64,000 nt of DNA from Squalus acanthias (Eukaryota): positions 16,804,001 through 16,868,000 of the forward strand of contig CM059433.1 in assembly GCA_030390025.1 (NCBI GenBank). The letters are read 5' to 3'. The first letter of the stretch is position 1, and every line of letters begins with the position of its first letter. Made by a program: the position numbers and the translations under genes. Below are positions 37,201-49,900 of the stretch, in pieces. A model generated the notes under the pieces. The model was not told where the DNA came from. It was given only the letters and a program-made list of their open reading frames with translations, and ran no database searches.

Positions 37201-39600
37201 ATCGTTCAGTTCCACTATCGCTCGGTGCCACTATCGTTCAGTTCCACTATCGCTCGGTGTCACTATCGTTCGGTGCCACTATCGCTCGGTGCCACTATCG
37301 TTCAGTTCCACTATCGCTCGGTGCCACTATCGTTCAGTTCCACTATCGCTCGGTGCCACTATCGCTCAGTGCTACTATCGTTCGGTGCCACTATCGTTCA
37401 GTTCCACTATCGCTCGGTGCCACTATCGCTCAGTGCTACTATCGTTCAGTGCCACTATCGCTCGGTGTCACTATCGTTCAATGCCACTATCGCTCGGTGC
37501 TACTATCGTTCAGTGCCACTTTCGCTCGGTACCACTATTGTTCGGTGCCACTATAGATCGGTGCCACTATTGCTCGGTGCCACTATCGTTTGGTGCCACT
37601 ATCGCTCGGTGCCACTATCGTTCAATGCCACTATCATTTAGTGCCACTATCATTCAGTGCCACTATCGCTCAGTGCCACTATCATTCAATGTCACTATCG
37701 CTCGGTGCCACTATCGCTCAGTGCCACTATCGTTCGGTGCCACTATCATTCAATGTCACTATCGCTCGGTGCCACTATCGCTCAGTGCCACTATCGTTCA
37801 ATGTCACTATCGCTCAGTTCCATTATCGCTCGGTGCCACTATCGCTCAGTGCCACTATCGTTCAATGTCACTATTGTTCGGTACCACTATCGCTCAGTGC
37901 CACTATCGTTCAATGTCACTATTGTTCGGTGCCACTATCGCTCGGTGTCACTATCGTTCGGTGCCACTATCGCTCATCTCCATTATCGCTCGGTGCCACT
38001 ATCGCTCGGTGCCACTATCGCTCAGTGTCACTATCGCTCGGTGCCACTATCGCTCGGTGCCACTATCGTTCAATGTCACTATCGTTCGGTGCCACTATCG
38101 CTCGGTGCCACTATCGCTCGGGGCCACTAACTTTCAGTTCCACTATCGCTCGGTGCCACTATCGTTCAATGCCACTATCACTCGGTGCCACTATCGTTCA
38201 ATGCCACTATCGCTCAGTGCTACTATCGTTCGGTGCCACTATCGCTCAGTGCTACTATCGTTCAATGCTACTATCGTTCAATGCCACTATCGTTCAGTGC
38301 CACTATCGTTCAATGCCACTATCGTTCAATGCCACTATCGCTCAGTGCTACTATCGTTCAATGCCACTATCGTTCGGGGCCACTATCACTCGGTGCCACT
38401 ATCGCTCGGTGCCACTATCGTTCAATGCCACTATCGCTCAGTGCTACTATCGTTCGGTGCCACTATCGTTCAATGTCACTATCGTTCAATGCCACTATCG
38501 CTCAGTGCTACTATCGTTCAATGCCACTATCGTTCGGTGCCACTATCGCTCAGCTCCACTATCGCTCGGTGCCACTATCGCTCAATGCCACTATCGTTCA
38601 ATGCCACTATCGTTCAATGCCACTATCGCTCAGTGCTACTATCGTTCAATGCCACTATCGTTCGGGGCCACTATCACTCGGTGCCACTATCATTCAATGT
38701 CACTATCGCTCGGTGCCACTATCGCTCAGTTCCACTATCGCTCGGTGCCACTATCATTCAATGCCACTATCGCTCGGTGCCACTATCGCTCGGTGCCACT
38801 ATCGCTCAATGCCACTATCGCTCGGTGCCACTATCATTCAATGCCACTATCGCTCAATGCCACTATCGCTCAATGCCACTATCGCTCGGTGCCACTATCA
38901 TTCAGTTCCACTATCGCTCGGGGCCACTATCGCTCAGCTCCACTATCGCTCGGTGCCACTATCGTTCGGTGCCACTATCATTCAATGTCACTATCGCTCG
39001 GTGCCACTATCGCTCAGTTCCACTATCGCTCAATGCCACTATCATTCAATGCCACTATCATTCGGTGCCACTATCATTCAATGCCACTATCGCTCGGTGC
39101 CACTATCGCTCGGTGCCACTATCGCTCAATGCCACTATCGTTCAATGCCACTATCGTTCAATGCCACTATCGTTCAATGCCACTATCGTTCGGTGTCACT
39201 ATCGCTCAATGCCACTATCGTTCAATGCCACTATCGTTCGGTGCCACTATCGCTCGGTGCCACTATCGTTCAATGCCACTATCGCTCGGTGCCACTATCG
39301 CTCGGTGCCACTATCGCTCGGGGCCACTATCGTTCAGTTCCACTATCGCTCGGTGCCACTATCGCTCGGGGCCACTATCGCTCGGTGCCACGATCGTTCA
39401 GTTCCACTATCGCTCGGTGTCACTATCGTTCGGTGCCACTATCGCTCGGTGCCACTATCGTTCAGTTCCACTATCGCTCGGTGCCACTATCGTTCAGTTC
39501 CACTATCGCTCGGTGTCACTATCGTTCGGTGCCACTATCGCTCGGTGCCACTATCGTTCAGTTCCACTATCGCTTGGTGCCACTATCGTTCAGCGCCATT
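28258..39600. repeat. 16-bp tandem satellite, ~11.3 kb, ~700 units, consensus RTGCCACTATCGYTCR
   Basis: Directly visible. Rare variants recur at multiples of 16 bp (1600, 3744, 1920, 1360, 2000). Confidence 0.98.
28977..29194 (-). mobile_element. 218-bp solo LTR inside the satellite
   Basis: TGAC...GTCA ends, 5-bp TSD GCCAC (28972-28976, 29195-29199). TATAAATA (~29117-29124) and ATTAAA (~29025) on -. Confidence 0.85.
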
Positions 39601-39774
39601 ACTTTGCTACCACATAGTGAAGGTTTTGACTAACAGAAGCAAATTATCACCCTTACTGAAATACCTTGCAAATGCATGCATGGGTGTTTAGCAACAATTT
39701 AGTCACAATTAATCAATTTAGATTTAAGTTTGACTGTGTCAAAGTTGCAGCATTAAAGCTTCACAACCCAAGAA

Positions 39775-40122
39775 CTCTGTGTGGAGTTTGCACATTCTCC
39801 CCGTGTCTGCGTGGGTTTCCTCCGGGTGCTCCGGTTTCCTCCCACAGTCCAAAAATGTGCGGGTTAGGTTGATTTGGCTATGATAAATTGACCCTTAGTG
39901 TTAGGGGGGGGGGATTAAATATATGGGGATAGGATGGGATATGTTAGGGGGAATTAAATACTTGGGGTTACAGGGGTAGGGTGGGATATGTGTACTGTGG
40001 GGATTAAAGCAGGGACAGGGTACTGGATTTGGATGATCAGCCATGATCGTATTGAATGGTGGAGCAGGCTCGACGGGCCGAATGGCCTACTCCTGCTCCT
40101 AGATTCTATGTTTCTATGTTTC
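39775..40122 (+). mobile_element. V-SINE (HE1-like), 5'-truncated, with CR1-derived tail
   Basis: V domain GTGTGGAGTTTGCACATTCTCCCCGTGTCTGCGTGGGTTTCCTCCGGGTGCTCCGGTTTCCTCCCACA. Tail GGGCCGAATGGCCTACTCCTGCTCCT(TTCTATGT)n. Confidence 0.85.
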
Positions 40123-40467
40123 TATAAGAAAAGTCAAAGAGAAGTAAAGGCCCAATTGGTCCATCAAAGCTCAGGCACGCTAACACATTAAAAAAAATTA
40201 ATTATCGGGATATAGGCATCACTGGCAAGGACAGCATTTATTGCCGACTTACTATTATTATATCCAACCTCTTTTTGAACATCACTAATATTTCTGCTTG
40301 GAAGATTACTTCAAGTATTCATCACTCTTTAAATAAAAAAATTCTTTGCAACATTTGTTCTAAATTTACTTTTCACTCATTTAAGTTTATTTCCAAATTA
40401 ATATTATCACTAAAGCTAATTATCATTCGTTACTAATGCATTCAAATATGTATCCCAAAAAAAGTTA

Positions 40468-41185
40468 AGGAGGAGAAATTCGGTACCCTAGCGCCTCCCG
40501 TTAGCGCCTCCGGGGGGCGTGAACGGGCTGCTACGGGCTTTGCGACCAAGCGCGCCGATAGTACCGACGCCCGCGAAATTGACGTGGAGGTTTGTGGCGG
40601 CGGTAACCATTAGCGCCACGATCTCCTGCGCCCGGAGATCGTGACGTCATCGCCGTGCGCATCGCCCCAGTAGCGCCCCGGACCCGAACTTCAGTTCCGC
40701 CCCCTGCAGCATCACCGGGCGAAAACACCGACAGCTGCAGGAGGCGTGGTTCGGGAGGCCGGGAGCTTTGGAGGCGCAAATAAAAGGGGATGTTGGCGCG
40801 GGTAGGAGAAAAATTTTAACAACGTTGCAATTGATTTTTTTCGATTCCGCCTGGGCCGCGATCGATCAGCCCAGCGCTCTGCTGCAATGCATGGGGCTGA
40901 TCAGACCGGATCGCGGCTGCCATCAGGGACCAGCTAACTGGTCCCAAGGCAGAGCCTGCAGCGATGGCCATTCCCTTTAAGGGAGGGAAGGAGCCTCGGA
41001 TCGCAGCAGCGCTGTACGGCACATACCGCCCTGCCTGCGTCCTTTAGCGCTCCAGGAAGGAAGTGGAGCACTTGATTTAGCGCTCCACTTCCTTCCTGGA
41101 GCGCAAACAACGAATTTTGCAAAAGCTGGGAATCATTAGCGCCCAGTTTTCAAAAGTTACCGCCCCCAAATGAATTTCTCCCCCT
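40468..41185. mobile_element. Harbinger MITE with intact ends
   Basis: TIRs AGGAGGAGAAATTC / GAATTTCTCCCCCT with TTA TSD (40465-40467, 41186-41188). Confidence 0.85.
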
Positions 41186-41467
41186 TTAGTTCCAAAACTT
41201 AATATAAAAGTTTTGAAGATTCATTGTTGATTAAACTGTGATCAAGTTTTATTTTGGGGTTCCCTGCAGTTTTATTTTATTAAAGCGACATGCATTTCAG
41301 GATTTTCAACCATTTTACCATGGACAGATCCAGGTGTTATTTATGTTGAAGTGTTGCATTTAAGTTAAAGTGAATTCACAAAGGTTAAAAATCCAACTTG
41401 CAGCTAGAGCTGGAGTGGGGTGGAGAATTGTGTAGTCAGGCCAGATGAGCCAACCATTGTAAATTCT

Positions 41468-42285
41468 GGGCTCGAAATTGGGCTCCTTTGCGCCTCCCGT
41501 TAGCACCTCGGGGGGCAAATGGGTTGCCACCAGGCGCGGCGATATCATCGCCTCCCGCTAAATTGTTTTGCGGCAGTGGTAAGACATTGCGGCCCGATCT
41601 CCTGCGCCCGGAGATCGTGACGTCATTACCATGCGCAGCGCCCTGGTAGCGCCCCGGATGAGAAATTCCCTCTCGCCCCCTGCTTGTGTGCCTGCTGTTA
41701 ACAACGACAGGTAGAGGAGGCGGCTTTCAGTCGGATGTCCCCTGGAGGAGCGCTATTTAAAGGCATCCACACCCGGTGTAGTTGTCGTTGGCCAACAATG
41801 CTGTGTTGTTAGTTTCACATAGGCAAAGAGGCCTTTTGACCAATTTGAACTTTTTGCATTTTAACGAGTGTTCTGGCACATAAAGATTCTTCATTTTCAT
41901 TGAGGGGAGATTTGAAAGTGCAATATATGTATCCTTTCATGGGGGCTGTACTGGCACTGGACCTCGCCCTCCAGCGTCAACGTCGGAGGCAACTGAGGCA
42001 TAAAGAGTGCAAAATGTGGCCAGAGGTAGGAGGGCCAACAGGGCTCTCAACAGGAGGCCTTACCCACCCAGGATATTCCGGCAGCAGTTCTGCTACATGA
42101 ATTTCACTGAGGACCAGTGTGTTAGAAGGCTACACTTCAGCAAAGACGTGGTCACAGAACTCTGCCACCTCCTGCAGCCAGACCCCAATTTAGTAGAAGT
42201 TCAGAATCCTTAGCGTCTGGCGCTAAATTTTCAAAATTTCAAAAGTTAGCGCCCCAAACAGGGCTGATACCCAATTTCACCCCCG
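41468..42285 (+). mobile_element. Harbinger deletion derivative retaining the nuclease N-terminus
   Basis: MGAVL..RRPYPPRIFRQQFCYMNFTEDQCVRRLHFSKDVVTELCHLLQPD between GAAATTGGG and CCCAATTTC ends. Confidence 0.8.
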
Positions 42286-43968
42286 TTATCTTTAATGATC
42301 TAGGGCAGTAGTGGGTTGTTATCATGGTTCAGATGCTTCTGGTGGGATTCATACCTCAAATATTGGGAGGAACTGAATAGTGCATGCACAGCATAAGATG
42401 GTCCGGCTAGACCTCCAACCATCTGGGTGATATCCAGTTTAATTGACAGGCCTACTGAAGTGCCAGCCAAGATTATGTGCTCAAGTCTCTGGAGTGGGGC
42501 TTGAATCCACAACCTTCTGCCTCAGAGGCGAGAGTGCTACCATTGATCCAGGGCTGACACCTGGACTTACACGTAATAACTTACAAGGATCAAGAACCTA
42601 ACATCAGGCCAATGACTTACTGTTGACATAAATTTGCATACCTGAACAGTGAAAGCACCATCCTTACAATTGTATACCAATATTTGTTGTTTACAGATGG
42701 TCACTGCCAAAAGTGCCTTTGTAGCACTCACACAGGATGACTCAACCGTTTCTTTTTATCAATGTACAGTAACAGGTTTTTAAACTACAAAATACACTCA
42801 CGACAGAAGTATTTAATTAAAATAAATACATTGTAATCTTCATTAATATAGCTGTAGATTAAACATTTATGCAATGTTCACATAAGTGAAATGCAAAGTG
42901 CATCCCAAATACTACAGACAAATATAAATAAAGCATCAATGGAACACAGCAGTAAATGATATGTGTTAGATTTTCCAAAAATTGAAAATTCATTAAGCAC
43001 GGTGATAAAGATGATTATGAATATCATTATTTACAGCACTTATCACATAGCACAAATCCATTTGGTTCTCTCATATCCAAATTATTTGTTGTTTGGTAGT
43101 TAATATGCAATGCTTCACCTTCCATCCTCATCTCACAGGAATTGCACAGCATGGCATATGCTCCGTATCATTTCCTTTTCGCAGGTCTCAGCAGAGGCAT
43201 TACCCATGGAATACATTTATACATCCACGGTATGCTCCTCTGTGATGATATCTGAAATATCTTTTAAACCTGGAACTCTCTCTCTTCCAAAATGCTGTTG
43301 AGGCTAGGTCAATAGAAAATTTCAAAACTGAGATTGATAGATTTTTGTCAGGCAAAGGTATTAAGGGTAACGGAACGAAGGCGGGTAAATGGAGTTAAGG
43401 TGCAGATCAGCAATGATCTAATTGAATGCCGAACTGGCTCAAGGAGCTTAATGGCCTACTCCTGTTCCTATGTTCTTATGTTCCTATCTTGGTTTTCATG
43501 TTAGTGTTTTTTTCAATTGATTTTTTTTAAAGAAAAATCAGCAGGTAAACAAATACTATACAGAAAAGGGCATCACAACCAAGGTTTCCAAAGAAATTAT
43601 AACTATAAACTATAATTTTTGGCACCAAGAGAGAAGGAATAGTAAAGAGCTAAAGTTGCACCTTTCAGAGCAGGATCCCCAACCCTGCACACAATGATCT
43701 AGCAAAGGATCAGTAGGAACAAGGAATGAGGAGAGGGACAGACAAAGAGGACAATGGAATATAGTTAAATCTCCAATCCAAATCCCAAGTAATCCTGGAT
43801 AGGTCTGCACACATTTTGAGACAGGCTGACTTTCACAGATAGGTGTCTCCTTCAGTCACAAACAATATCTTGCTTCTGCATTCTACTGCTTCTTAAAAAT
43901 GAGAGGATGGTAGGGAAGGAAATTAGTGGAGATTGGTAAGTAAATGGTATAATCTATTTTCAATGCAG

Positions 43969-46900
43969 TTAAAACAAAACAAATGTTATGGTGAGAGCCA
44001 GTAAGAACAGGAGGGCCATGCAAAGTGCTTGAGTGGAAATATTCAAGACAGCATCATCAAATGAGAAAAATACATGGCAGTAATGCACTTCAACATCTTG
44101 AACATGACAGACAGGTATCTTGACCTTAGCAAACTCCTAAAACATAAGGATAGAGTTGAACATTATCTGCAACAACATCAACTGGCAGCCAAGTCGATGG
44201 AACACATCCTAAGTAAGTAAATAGGAGACCAACATTCCTGTCTTTGCTAACTTCAGTTAAAAAGTGACATGAGTAAACAATACTGGCTGAGGGGAGGGCT
44301 CAGTCAGAAACAATAGTAAAAATGATAGTTGAAAGATTTTTTATAAAAGGGTTAAGAGCAGAGTTTAGGTCACAGACAGTGAAAGGGAATCTCCAGGTAA
44401 AGGGAATACTAAAATAACTAAAGTAGTTACAGCAGGAGTGACAAATAAGAAGCATGTTAAGTTAAACAGTGTGAGAAAGACAGCATCAGGGCAGAAGGAC
44501 AGGTTAGGGTCTCTTTCCCAAATAAGAGTTTTAAATACTAATGCACGGAGTATGAGAAATAAATTGAGTGAATTAAAGGCTCAAATACAGCTTAGAGGCT
44601 ATTACTGAGACATGGCTGCAAGCTGGTCATGATTGGGAGTTAAATATTCCAGTTTGTAATGTCTTTAGAAAGGATAGGGAAACTGGAAGAGGAGGAGGGG
44701 TAGCCTTATTGATTAAAGATACTATTACAACATTAGTAAGAGAGGATATAGATAAGGGAAATCAATCAGCGGAGACTCTATGGTTAGAATTGAGGAATAA
44801 GAGAAGACTTAACATGTAATGAGAGTTGTCTATAGGCCTCCTGATAGCAGCAATCAAGTGGCAGAATTAATTAGTTCAGAGATTAGACTTTAATTTTCAT
44901 ATAGATTGGGAAGAGCAGAGTATCTCAAGTCAGAAAGGTAGTGAATTTTTTTAGTACATTCAAGAGTAATGAGCCAGACTTAGTTAGTAATCTAACAGTA
45001 AGGGACATTTATCTAACAGTGATCATAATATGATCAAAATCAATGTTAGGTTTGAAAAGGAGAAACATGACACAGTTACTAAGAGTCTAGATTTTGGTTA
45101 TGCTAACTTTAATGGGATGAGACAGAGTCTGATGACAGCAAACTGGTCAAAACTGTTATCAGGTGAAACTACAGATGAACAGTGGGAGGTGTTCAAAAAA
45201 GAATTTAGCTTAATACAGGACCAGTATATAACCCTAAAGGGCAAGAGCTCTACTTACCAAATAAAACAGCCATGGTCGACAAAAGAGGTGAGAGATAACA
45301 AAACTAAAGGAAAGAACATACAAAAGTGCAAAGAATGGTGTAGATTCCAGGGGACTGGGAGAGGTATAAAGAGCTGCAAATGAAGACAAAAAAGATAGTG
45401 AGAACTGAAAAAAGGAATATCAACAGAAACTTGCGAGGGATATCAAGATTAACACAAAAAACTTTTACAATTATATTAGAAAAAAAAGGGTAGCCAAGGG
45501 TAATGTGGGCCTTTTAAAAATAGATGCGGGTAATATTGCAAATGAAAATAAGGAAATGGCAGATTTGCTGAATAATTACTTTGGCCCCGATCTTGACTTG
45601 GGCAGGTTTTGTGAGCGGGAGGGAAGAGTTTTGGTCGGGAATGCCAGCAGTCCAGGTTTCCCCGCACACTGTGCAGTTTTAACATCACAACGTGCGTCCA
45701 TTTTTTCCAGCAGGTTCCCCACCCGGAAGCAAGCCTGATTGACAGGCTTGGCTCCCTGTCGAGTGGGGAATGTGCCAGAAGAGGCCACAGCCCAGGAGCA
45801 GGTAGGGAGCCTATAGCCGGGTTAGTGGTAGCATGGGGGAGGGGAGTCCGTATCTTGCGGGGTGAGGGGGAGGTGGAGATGGTCGCCGATCTTGGGGGTG
45901 GGAGTCCGATCCGCGGGGCAGGGTGCTCTGATCACGTGGGGCGGAGGTCTGATCACGGGGGATCGGTGATCGCGAGGGGAGGGTGGGATTCTGATCCGTG
46001 GGGGGGGGGGTTTGATGGTGGACAGGGACAAAGGTAAGCTTGGAGGGCTGGGAGGAAGCACTCCTGCTCCTCCTGGCCCACAAGCAGTGCACGGAGCAGT
46101 CCTCGCCTCCCTTTAGCTGCCGGGTTTCCCAAGCCTGGGAAACCCGGCCGGCCAGGGTTAAACCTGGAAGATAGGTTAAATATGAGGCACGCAGCCTCTT
46201 TATCATATTTAAATGGCCAACCCACCTCCGTTAAAACCAGAAGTGGGCAGGTTGGGGTCAGGTTTGAGATTTAACATTTTTTCACATCTCACCCTTTGTG
46301 TCAGTCTTCACAGTAGAGGAAGTGAATAATATACCTGAAATTCCAGGGAAACTAATAATGAATCAAGGTTTGGAACTCACTAAAGTTAATGTAAGCAAGA
46401 AAACAGTATTAGAAAAACTAATGGCTCTAAAGACTGTCAAATTTCCAGGACCGGATGGTTTCTACCCCAAGATTTTAAAGGAAGTAGATGAGGAAATTGC
46501 AGATGCTTTAGCCAATCGGTGTCCTCAAGCAACGTTTCTGCTACCTGAACAGCTCTGGAGGAGCCCCGCTGTACTCAGTTGAGCTGGTATCAAGATTTGT
46601 GGTGGCATGCTGCACAACCTGGCCATTATGAGGAACAGCCCTTGCCACCACCTATCAGGAGAGAAGCTGAGGAGCAGGAGCATGAGGAAAAGGAGGATAA
46701 GGAGGAGGAGAAGGAACTGGAGGAACAGCAAGAGGAAGGGAGGCTACAATGTAGACAGCCCCTTCTGCCCGGGCTCTAAGTGATGAAATAATTAATGAGC
46801 GATACCAGTAATGTCAACCACACCTCCCACTCACCAACAGTCCCACACTTCTTACATTTCCTCTATCACTGACTATCACATTGTCCTCTTTTTGACAACA

Positions 46901-49900
46901 CAAACATAAAAACCACCAGAAAATGCACATTCCAATTCAAATTTATAAATTCAATCATGACGTAATGCATACAAAAATAAACTAATCTCCCTTGTGAATT
47001 TCCTTAGTGCCTGTCTTCCATGTGCCTTTGCCTCTCCTAATACTCCTACAAGGTGCTTCCCCAATAGCTGCAGCATGGGTGGAGGAAGGCTGCTGACCTC
47101 CAATTAAAAAGACTGCAGATGGCCTTGGAGGATGACCTTGAGCAGCTCTGGACCTAGAAAGCCCAGCTTCAGACTGCACCATTCTGGCCTGAGCGGCAGC
47201 AGTCTGGGCTGGCTGGCTGACAGGCAACAGCAAGGGCACTGGCGGAGTGGCAGGGATGGGAGCAGGAATGCTGTCATGCTTCGAGAGGACAGCAGGTTCT
47301 TACTCCTTGGAGCCACTGCCACTCTCCTGAGGCAGCGCCTCAGCAATCCTAGTAATCTGTTGGCGAACAGATTGATGGACTGCTGTGACACCCTGGAAGC
47401 CCATTTGAACAGTGGTATCCAGAGCCATGATGGCAGCAGTCTGAGCTTCCACTGCAGCACTCAGACCTTTGATAGAAGCTGTTTGTGCTGCAATTGAAGC
47501 GGTAACATCGGCCATCAAACGCAGTATCGTGCTGGGTTCCACAGATGTGCTGATGGAGGTGACCACCTGTTCCATGTTGGAAAGGATGGGCTCCAAGCTC
47601 TGCGCAAAGCCCTGTGCCAAGTTGGTGCTGGACTCCTCCATGCTCCTTGACATTGAGCATAGGCTTTCTGGCAGGCTTTCTAGTGCACCAAGCATTTGGT
47701 TATGTACACCCATCAGCTTTCTTCTGTAGCCTGGCCCATTAAAGTCCTCATCTGACTCCTCTGCTGCAGAACTCGTGTGCGACCTCGCCCTCCAGTGAGC
47801 TGGTACCTGCATAATCCTTTCCCCCCGCTCTCTTTCCTGCGCACTTTTGCCCGATGTCTCACCATGTGCAGATCTCTCCTCTATCCTAGCCTCTAAAATA
47901 CGCGCAGTGTCAGTGTCTGCGCTGGTGGCTGCAAGTGTAAGATCGAGTGATGGTGTCTCTTTATCTTCACTGTCTTCTGCCTCTTCCTCCACTGACTGGG
48001 AAGGCTCCAGTTCTTGGGTATCTGAAATGAAAAAGGGACAACGGTTGGGTTGTGGTGAAGGGAGTGGTAAAAGTAAGAAGTGCGTGCTTACACCATCTGA
48101 GCTTGTGAGTCAGAAGAGATTGCGGGATGAGGGAGAAGTGGGATAAAAAAAGGAGGATTAGGTATGCAGATATCCTCATCATCGATTGCTTCAGCCCAGC
48201 CAGTGGCCACGGCCTCAGCGATGCCCCTTCTCATGATGGCCAACGCTATCTCCTTGATGGGGGTTAAAAATGCAGGCTTGTCCTCCTGCAGTTCTTTGTT
48301 GCTGCCTGCTGTTATGCGACACCTTGTCCTGTAAGAAAGAGAGAAGTGTGTCAGTGAGTGTCCTGCAATATGTTTGCTTAACATGGCTGTCTGGAAGGCA
48401 TCCTGAACCCCTGCGGATACAGGACATCTCTCCTTCTTTCCACCACCACCTCCTCCAGTGCAGCGTCTGAAAACCTTGGTGCACACTCTCTCCCATGCTC
48501 AGCCATTCCTCAAAGTATCACAGCTCAGATTCAGTTTACAAATGACTCTCACCACTTCTTGTAGCCACAATGCACTTCCCCTTTAAGAGGTGTAGGCTGC
48601 CTCTAAGTAGCGCTAGCCACTTGCGATATCGGGCCCCTTGCTGATGCGTGTAGCCAATGAACAGCGCGGGTAGTGCTGGCTGCACGCAGCAATCATGTAA
48701 AGCAGCAGACGGTACAAATTTACCGTGCTGCCTGCAATGCAATGAATGGGCATGGGTTAATCGCATTAACCCACGCCCGTTTTCGGGGGTTAGCCAATTT
48801 CTCCCCCTATATTTTGTAGACATAATTGCTGGGGAGCTGATGCAGGACTTGAAGCTGTTTGAAGGATCTAAAAGTATCCTCCCAAAACTTGATTTGCACC
48901 AGGTCAGCTACTGAATGGATTGCTACAAATTCCCTGGTTTCCCCATATTGAAAAAAATATAAGCAAAACAGAAGAGTTACATGTCCAGATACAGGTCACC
49001 ACTTGGCAGGGGTGAAGATCGTATTTTGAACCATTAAACCCCACTGCACCACCTTTACATTTCAAATGGACAGACTGCCCCGTCGAGCAATCTGAGAGCT
49101 CTTTTCTACCACCAGAAATTTCACCAGCAGTTGGAGGCCCACGAACAGAGCTCTGTGCACGTGAGTAACATTGCCGTTCCCAATTCCATGTCAATGCAAG
49201 TAATCTGTATAACCGTACCTTCTTGTTTACAGTGCCTTTAACGATATTGCCGATGACTGCAGTGATATTATTCTGCTTAATGCTCCTGAGAGAAAAGTCT
49301 CTCGTTTCGATTATTAACCCAGGTTTTCTCAGAACTTAGCTCTTAACTTGCAAAAAACTCCAATAAGCCCAGTAGGATCTATAACAGCAGAGGAAACCAA
49401 GACAATTGTCTCCTTGTCCATGTTCATCCTTCCCTTCTTCTTCTAAAGGTGCTGACTCCTGTTGGGGTATAATTCCATGGGCTATGGATGACCTCTGGTA
49501 CTTTTGCCCAACTAGCTTTAAGAATGAGTGTTGGCAAAGTATTTGACCATGCTTGGCAATGGAATCATAGAATAGTAGAGCACAGAAGGAGGCCATTCGG
49601 CCCATCGAGTCTGTGCCGGCTCTTTCGAAGAGCAATCCAGTTAGTCCCACTCCCCCGCTCTTTCCCCATATCCCTGCAATTTTTTCTCCTTTATCATTTA
49701 GCATCACAGCTAAACTCAATCAGGTCGTCAACTGTTGACCACAGAAGCTTTTTCTAACAGGGGTCATTGGGTAGCAATCAGGAGCAGGGACCCGGCCAAA
49801 TTTCCCTTCCCTAACTCAGGAATGCAGAGGCAAACTGTAACACCCTACTGCGGCTTCAGCTAAGGTGAGCTAACAGCACGCGCTGGGAATTGAGCCTGGA

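Noticed and set aside
28258..39600. CRISPR-like array (repeat plus one unique insert)
   Set aside because: Units are head to tail with no spacers, the single insert is a TSD-flanked LTR, and the context is vertebrate with no cas genes.
28442..39691. Giant ORFs (up to 2752 aa) as a real repeat-protein or zinc-finger gene
   Set aside because: The same peptide appears in all three frames as a consequence of a stop-free 16-bp unit. No C2H2 spacing, no unique N-terminus; the longest ORF starts at GTG within the array.
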